A stretch of 64,000 nt of DNA from Candidatus Enterousia avicola. Lineage in GTDB: Bacteria > Pseudomonadota > Alphaproteobacteria > Rs-D84. Under the pieces are notes generated by a model. The model ran no database searches, had not been told where the DNA came from, and was given only the letters and a program-made list of their open reading frames with translations. The stretch spans positions 240 to 64,239 of the forward strand of contig DVNO01000036.1 of assembly GCA_018714345.1 (NCBI GenBank). The letters are read 5' to 3'. A program made the translations under genes and the position numbers. Shown here piece after piece: positions 58,733-64,000 of the stretch. Each line of letters starts with the position of its first letter. The first letter of the stretch is position 1.

Positions 58733-60346
58733 ATGAATAGATTTTTTGCTTTTTTGGCTTTATTGATGGTTACGGGATGCGTCTCGGAACCCGTTCAGCA
58801 AACGAACTGGTTTAGCGAATATGGAACGCTAGAAACAGGTACACCTATACAAATGCAATATGGTTCACCGGACATGCAACCGGGCGACCCATCAGATAAT
58901 CTTATAGGTGCCCCCGTACACAGGATGGCAGTAATGTTGCCATTGTCTGGCAATGCAGCATCTACTGGTCAATCAATAAGAACTTCTATTGAAGCGGCCG
59001 TATTGCAAAACGCCCCTATGAATCTGTCTGTTGCATTTTATGACACATCATCAAATATTACAGACGCAATAAATACTGTATTATCAGATAATCCAGAAGT
59101 CATAATAGGCCCAGTATTTTCAAGCGATGTCCGTGCATTACGAAACGCAAAACCAGAAGACCTGCCGGTATTATCATTCACGTCAGACGCCGCATCTATC
59201 GGGGATGGGGTCATGACAATGGCATTAATGCCAACAAATGGCGTTGAAGCAATTGTAAAAGAAATGTCTTTGGATGGAATAAAGGGTTTTATAATCTTGG
59301 CACCAGACACATTGTCTGGGAAATTGATGGCTGGCGCCGCGGTTGAAGCGTCCGAAATATATAATGTGCCAACAAAGGGTATATTTTATTATAAAGAAAA
59401 AAACTCAGAGTCCATAAAGAACACAACTATTGCAGCATCTATGAATGCGGCACGTACAGCTGCAAATACCCGTGCACGAGAAATATTATCAGATATACTA
59501 GTTTCTGAACGATTAACCGCTCTTGAGAAATCGTCTCTGACCTTACAATTGGAACGCATGTCAAAACTTGAAACTATTGGTTCATTGCCATATGATGCAG
59601 TTCTATTTTTAGGCAATGGTGATGATGCGGAAAGTTTAGCATCATTTTTACGCTATTATGGTGTAAGTTCCAAAGAGGCAAAATTTTACGGAACAGCACT
59701 ATGGGAAGGTTCAGATATTGCAAATGATTTCACAATGATTGGTGCAAAATATGCAGCATTACCGGATACTGCACCAGAGTTCGTAAATTTATACGAACGC
59801 ATATCTAATTCCAAACCAAATCACCTATCAGGTTTTGGTTATGACGCCGCCAACATGGCAATGGGGATGATATATTCACCAAAAACTGATGCAGCGTACT
59901 TACTAGATCCAAGTGGTTATGCTGGTGTAGAGGGACTATATCGTTTAAAACCGACCGGTGAAAACGAGCGTGCATTAAATATAGTACAACTGGCTGGGAA
60001 CGGCACAACTGAAATCGTCAGAGAGGCAAACAAAAATTTCCTGACTCCAATTTATAACATAGAACAGACCAAGGTAAAGCCTGCAAATGCAATGGATTTG
60101 GAAACACCTGGTATAAATCCAAACGACTATATAAGCATTCCACAGCGTCTGCAAAGCAAATATAAATCCAAGACCTATGGGGCACACATCACTCGCGCCC
60201 CTATCACACAACCTCAACAAGTTGAAAGCATTGTGATTTTACCCGAAGATGATAGTGACCCTGTAATAACATCACCCGACTTTCAACCAATAACGCTTGA
60301 ATCGGTTGACCGCAGCTATATCGACAGCATAGAGATAGAAGAATGA
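58733..60346 (+). CDS. LpoA/LppC-like penicillin-binding protein activator lipoprotein
   Basis: Lipobox VTGC, AVMLPLSG, IIGPVFS, GYDAA, GLYRLKPTGENER; divergent from rsmI (yraL/yraM-like synteny). Confidence 0.82.
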   Translation: MNRFFAFLALLMVTGCVSEPVQQTNWFSEYGTLETGTPIQMQYGSPDMQPGDPSDNLIGAPVHRMAVMLPLSGNAASTGQSIRTSIEAAVLQNAPMNLSVAFYDTSSNITDAINTVLSDNPEVIIGPVFSSDVRALRNAKPEDLPVLSFTSDAASIGDGVMTMALMPTNGVEAIVKEMSLDGIKGFIILAPDTLSGKLMAGAAVEASEIYNVPTKGIFYYKEKNSESIKNTTIAASMNAARTAANTRAREILSDILVSERLTALEKSSLTLQLERMSKLETIGSLPYDAVLFLGNGDDAESLASFLRYYGVSSKEAKFYGTALWEGSDIANDFTMIGAKYAALPDTAPEFVNLYERISNSKPNHLSGFGYDAANMAMGMIYSPKTDAAYLLDPSGYAGVEGLYRLKPTGENERALNIVQLAGNGTTEIVREANKNFLTPIYNIEQTKVKPANAMDLETPGINPNDYISIPQRLQSKYKSKTYGAHITRAPITQPQQVESIVILPEDDSDPVITSPDFQPITLESVDRSYIDSIEIEE

Positions 60347-60367
60347 AAACATTTAACCAACGCTAAT

Positions 60368-60394
60368 AAAAACACCGCTATATGCGGCGTTTTC
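60368..60394. terminator. Terminator between convergent genes
   Basis: AAAACACCGC-TATAT-GCGGCGTTTT. Confidence 0.6.
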
Positions 60395-60949
60395 TTATTC
60401 CTGTGGAATATCACTTTTATTGACTACCTCAATACCTGTTTCAAAAGTGTCTATGAACTGCCAATTTCCGCCATCCAGGACAAAATGGAAACATTGGCAA
60501 TTCTTTATGTTACCAATCTTTGCACCCGCCGCATAACATAATGCACGTGTCACACCACCATGTGAAGATATTGCAACGTCTTTATAACCAGATTGAGATA
60601 CAATTCTATCCAAACATTCCTTAATACGGTTAAAATTGTCATCTACCCTCTGCTGTACCTCTGGTCTATCGTTATACCAGAAACCAAACGCTGCCTCTAT
60701 CAGGTTATCATCAGTGATAATTTTAATTCCTGGATGACGTTCCGCAACAATTTCCGCCGTATGAACAGCACGCTTTAACGGGGAAGAATAAATCACATCA
60801 AGGTTCTTATCCGACAAATATTCTGCCAATCGTTTTGCCTGCCTAATTCCAGCATCAGTCAAAAAAGATTCTGGATGCGGCACTTCTTTAGCACCAGCAA
60901 CATTTTCATTCGTTTGTCCATGCCGAAAGAAATAAAAATTCCGTTTCAT
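60395..60949 (-). CDS. Histidine phosphatase family protein
   Basis: FRHGQT, YSSPLKRAVHTA, SHGG. Confidence 0.92.
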   Translation of the reverse strand: MKRNFYFFRHGQTNENVAGAKEVPHPESFLTDAGIRQAKRLAEYLSDKNLDVIYSSPLKRAVHTAEIVAERHPGIKIITDDNLIEAAFGFWYNDRPEVQQRVDDNFNRIKECLDRIVSQSGYKDVAISSHGGVTRALCYAAGAKIGNIKNCQCFHFVLDGGNWQFIDTFETGIEVVNKSDIPQE

Positions 60950-61719
60950 TATTTATCTAAGCTCATATCTTTTATAAACTCATTCAAACGTTTTAAAACA
61001 TCACAAGCGTCCTCTTCATAGTCGTACATTATACCGTCATTGCTATAAAATTTCATATCTGAATAATCCCAATATGGACTTACTGAAAAAGCTTCTTCTT
61101 GCGTTAAAACGAAACTTCCTTTAGACGGTATATGAATCAACAACTCATTACATTCATCATTTGCACATAATACTTTCTCATTTATTTCGTTTATACATTT
61201 TTCTGTGGCATTTGGCATTTTATAATTATGATCAAATGGCACATTTACAGAATGACTTTCATCTACATATTCTTCATTAACTGGATAACAAGAATAGCCT
61301 ATCGACATTACATCACCAGTCTTTTCTGATATAAAATTTTCATCATCAAAAGATAAATCATATTGTTTTATCACTCTGTTAGATATATCAGCAAAAATGC
61401 TTATAGTTGCATCCCGATTAGTACCTGGCAAAATACCTTTATAGGTTATATAAACATCTCCGAAAATCCCAGAAAAACGTTCCTCTGACTTTTTCACAAA
61501 ATTTATACTTTCTCCATTTACAGTAACAACGGCATAGTCATCAAAAGTTTTAAGATTTAAAAATAAATCTGTTGTTTTATCTATATCTTGTTCCGATAAA
61601 GTAGCCTCGCTATTTTTTTCCAATCCTGACGACACAAGACAATGTAATTCTGCATCTGAAGTTTTTTTATCACACGCTGCTAGTAATATGATCGGTAGTA
61701 AAAAAAGCAATTTTTTCAT
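60949..61719 (-). CDS. Hypothetical lipoprotein
   Basis: Lipobox LAAC; GGAG RBS. Confidence 0.8.
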   Translation of the reverse strand: MKKLLFLLPIILLAACDKKTSDAELHCLVSSGLEKNSEATLSEQDIDKTTDLFLNLKTFDDYAVVTVNGESINFVKKSEERFSGIFGDVYITYKGILPGTNRDATISIFADISNRVIKQYDLSFDDENFISEKTGDVMSIGYSCYPVNEEYVDESHSVNVPFDHNYKMPNATEKCINEINEKVLCANDECNELLIHIPSKGSFVLTQEEAFSVSPYWDYSDMKFYSNDGIMYDYEEDACDVLKRLNEFIKDMSLDK

Positions 61720-61756
61720 ATTCGTCTCCTCTTTATTATAAATTTTATTAATTACA

Positions 61757-62608
61757 TCATTGACCTATAACTACAACTTCATCATCGTCACATGATATTG
61801 TTACTACTTCTCCAGCTGATATGTATACCGAGTTTTCTGATTCTTTTATATATTCAGAATCTATATGTGTTGCAATATACTCTCGCAAACGATTTGCAAT
61901 TTCACAAGCATGTTTAACATCATCTGGGTAATAGCGTGCATTCAGCAAATAGAAATGATTCAGTTCAATCCCATTAAACATCTCTTTTATCACGCTATTA
62001 CTAATATTCATTTCACGCCCTGTCTTTTCATCGAACACCAGAACACCCTTTTCCCCATCAAATAATAATTGTTCTTCTAAATACTCCAAACAATTCTTAA
62101 CCTCTTTAAGCTGTTCAACAGGAATATCTTTTATCGACACATCAACAGGATATAAAACCGGCTCACAGGTTGTTCCAACCAGATATTCACCATCAGGAAC
62201 GGTTTCACCATCTGCCATTTTTAAATTATTGTCCGTTGCAGGCCATAATGTAAATCTTAATCCACCTGTTAATCCGCTATGATTCAGAACAAACTTAATT
62301 TTACCAGGAATCTCATAAATTCCTTCTTCATTTATAGGCAGCGACACTTCTATCTCATCATCTATTTGGGGGATCTGATTATATAGCCATGTATGATCCG
62401 CCAACCACATATTACTTTGTCCCTTTGCCTTTGCCCGTAATTCTTTTGTTAAACGCTTTATGACTAAATCTGCACGAGTGTCATAAACCTTGGCATCAAC
62501 AATCAACTGGCCCTTAGCTCCGTCTTCACAAACCATTTGCAAATCATACTGAGGGCGGTCACAGGCAGCCAAACCTAATAGGCAAATAAAGAAAAACAAG
62601 CGTTTCAT
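61757..62608 (-). CDS. Hypothetical lipoprotein, paralog of the downstream gene
   Basis: Lipobox LAAC; AGGAG RBS; Cys pattern shared with 60949..61719. Confidence 0.8.
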   Translation of the reverse strand: MKRLFFFICLLGLAACDRPQYDLQMVCEDGAKGQLIVDAKVYDTRADLVIKRLTKELRAKAKGQSNMWLADHTWLYNQIPQIDDEIEVSLPINEEGIYEIPGKIKFVLNHSGLTGGLRFTLWPATDNNLKMADGETVPDGEYLVGTTCEPVLYPVDVSIKDIPVEQLKEVKNCLEYLEEQLLFDGEKGVLVFDEKTGREMNISNSVIKEMFNGIELNHFYLLNARYYPDDVKHACEIANRLREYIATHIDSEYIKESENSVYISAGEVVTISCDDDEVVVIGQ

Positions 62609-62716
62609 AAAATCTCCTTTTCCTGTGATTATATCACAAATGTAATAAAATACATATGCCTTAATTCAACAAGCTAATACATAAAGATATGCTACAATTC
62701 CAACAAGTTTTTTTAT

Positions 62717-63000
62717 ATGCGCCCCATATATTTCAAATTAAAGAATGGTGAAACAGTAAAAATTCGCCGTATAAACGCAAACGGCTATGGTGACTTTATG
62801 CATTTTTTGAAAAAGTTCACGACTGGTTCTGGTGAAAAATGGGCCGATCAATACATAAACTGGAAACTACAGCTCATCAAAAGAATATTCGTTCAATAGG
62901 CAATTTGCTAAAAAATGGTTATGAAATGCATGACACGGCATTCATAGATGATCAATGGCATAACGAATACATAATGGAAAAGATTCTAGATAACAGATAA
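62717..63000 (+). pseudogene. Internally deleted, frameshifted GNAT acetyltransferase remnant
   Basis: The N-terminus (FKLKNGETVKIRRI) is in one frame. The GNAT-like C-terminus IHKLETTAHQKNIRSIGNLLKNGYEMHDTAFIDDQWHNEYIMEKIL is in another frame ending at TAA 63000. The central acetyl-CoA motif is missing. Confidence 0.7.
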
Positions 63001-63119
63001 TATATTGCAAATTATAATAAAAAAGGCCCGGTAAAATCCGCCAATTTCTGTAAATTAATCCTGTAAAAATAAGTTATAATTTGATAAAATAAGAATGTTA
63101 TTAAGGAGTTCATTAAAAA

Positions 63120-63683
63120 ATGAAAAAGAAAGATATTGAAATTTTAAAAGACGTTTTAAATGCCTTATTGGATAAAAGTCAAGATGTAAAAATAGAAACA
63201 CTTTGGCCAGAGTCAGGGTCTAAAAATCCAAGGATCCCACAAAAAAATTATAGCAAAGGGCCAATATCTACAAACCATATGAATGCAGATAGTGTAACCC
63301 TTGGTTCTGGAACAACAATTAGACGAATAAGGGAAACACCGACAAAACACCCAAAAGGTTATGAAATTGATACTGGGTGGCATTGGATAGTACGAAGCCC
63401 ACATGGTGACGCGTTCTTTACCCAAAGCGATAAAGATCTCCTTCAATTATGGGGTGCAGCACTAAACAAGGCCGATAAACTTTGGGGTAAAAGGACCGAA
63501 GAAGAAATCACAAATATTTTATATGATAATATAGAAAACCAAGAGTTACGCAATATTCTGAAAGAAGGTCCAACAAAAACGGAGCCTAAAAACAAGTATG
63601 AAAAAGCACTTTTAAGCTTAAAAGCACTTGGGGTAACACCAAAAAAATTAGCTGAATATATTGCAAGCAAACAAAACGACTAA
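63120..63683 (+). CDS. Hypothetical protein
   Basis: 187-aa ORF, AAGGAG upstream, no recognised motif. Confidence 0.7.
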   Translation: MKKKDIEILKDVLNALLDKSQDVKIETLWPESGSKNPRIPQKNYSKGPISTNHMNADSVTLGSGTTIRRIRETPTKHPKGYEIDTGWHWIVRSPHGDAFFTQSDKDLLQLWGAALNKADKLWGKRTEEEITNILYDNIENQELRNILKEGPTKTEPKNKYEKALLSLKALGVTPKKLAEYIASKQND

Positions 63684-63686
63684 GAA

Positions 63687-63908
63687 AAAAAACACCGCGC
63701 AAGGCGGTGTTTCTTATTGTGGTGGGAGTGGGTGGATTGTAATTCCCAACGCAACAAAACTTTGCGTTGGGCCCCTTTCACTACGCACTTCGTGCTTGTT
63801 CCGAACCAAACAATCTAACGATTGTATGTCCTAATCCTTGTGCCACATCACACAATAAAAAACACCGCGCAAGGCGGTGTTTCTTATTGTGGTGGGAGTG
63901 GGTGGATT
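63687..63908. repeat. 52-bp direct repeat (63687-63738 and 63857-63908; period 170 nt) comprising the tRNA-Tyr 3' end and terminator
   Basis: AAAAAACACCGCGCAAGGCGGTGTTTCTTATTGTGGTGGGAGTGGGTGGATT occurs twice, identically. Confidence 0.93.
63857..63884 (-). terminator. Terminator after tRNA-Tyr (second copy at 63687-63714)
   Basis: AAACACCGC-GCAAG-GCGGTGTTT with a T-tract on the minus strand. Confidence 0.75.
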
Positions 63909-63976
63909 CGAACCACCTCAGGCTTAAGCCAACAGATTTACAGTCTGCCCCGGCTCTCCAACTCCGGCGCACGCCC
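63890..63976 (-). tRNA. tRNA-Tyr(GTA)
   Basis: Cloverleaf with anticodon arm GCAGA-CTGTAAA-TCTGT, long variable arm, T arm GGTGG-TTCGAAT-CCACC and encoded CCA. Confidence 0.95.
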
Positions 63977-63983
63977 AATCCCT

Positions 63984-64000
63984 TGGTGCGGGCAGCGGGA
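63984..64000 (-). tRNA. 3' end of an upstream tRNA, truncated by the window edge (identity uncertain, possibly Leu)
   Basis: The minus strand reads TCCCGCTGCCCGCACCA, 7 nt upstream of tRNA-Tyr; A73 discriminator; anticodon outside the window. Confidence 0.6.

Noticed and set aside
63687-63908. CRISPR array
   Set aside because: Only two copies, the repeat is tRNA 3' end plus terminator, the spacer is 118 nt, and there are no cas genes.
63781-63978. 65-aa minus-strand ORF
   Set aside because: It overlaps tRNA-Tyr entirely; spurious.

Overview
This is a 64 kb, AT-rich, gene-dense chromosomal segment. The MucR, SecB/MltA/DciA, LptF/G, Lnt and Zn-finger J-domain proteins point to a diderm alphaproteobacterium, probably a small-genome uncultured lineage (inference). 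It is mostly housekeeping: thrS, gltX, serS, trmB, rarA, fabD, ftsK, secDF-yajC, mutL, greA, xerD, trxB, typA, recA, secB, mltA, ruvC/ruvA, yebC, mnmE, xth, addB, engB and rsmI. It also holds a six-gene glycan synthesis cluster, several lineage-specific secreted or lipoprotein genes, and tRNA-Tyr with a 170-nt-period duplication of its 3' end. The main discovery is not in the ORF track. Both thrS and serS are preceded by a sigma70-type promoter and a near-leaderless 19-codon leader ORF enriched in the cognate amino acid (MKNSVVFFFTTTTTTPAGV and MTSNNYYFLSLSSPFGVRI). The two leaders share an aromatic triplet, a cognate-codon cluster and a P-x-G-V motif encoded by a CCCC-N4-GGGG hairpin, and neither has an intrinsic terminator. 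This suggests a modular ribosome-sensing control system for aminoacyl-tRNA synthetases. Other notable items are a YbeY-Lnt fusion, a membrane-anchored GH24 lysozyme-TPR protein, and apparent pseudoenzymes (HNH-like next to SMI1/KNR4, DeoC-like, CtpA-like). No CRISPR array, rRNA, IS element or prophage was seen. All family assignments come from motif recognition by eye; no database searches were run.
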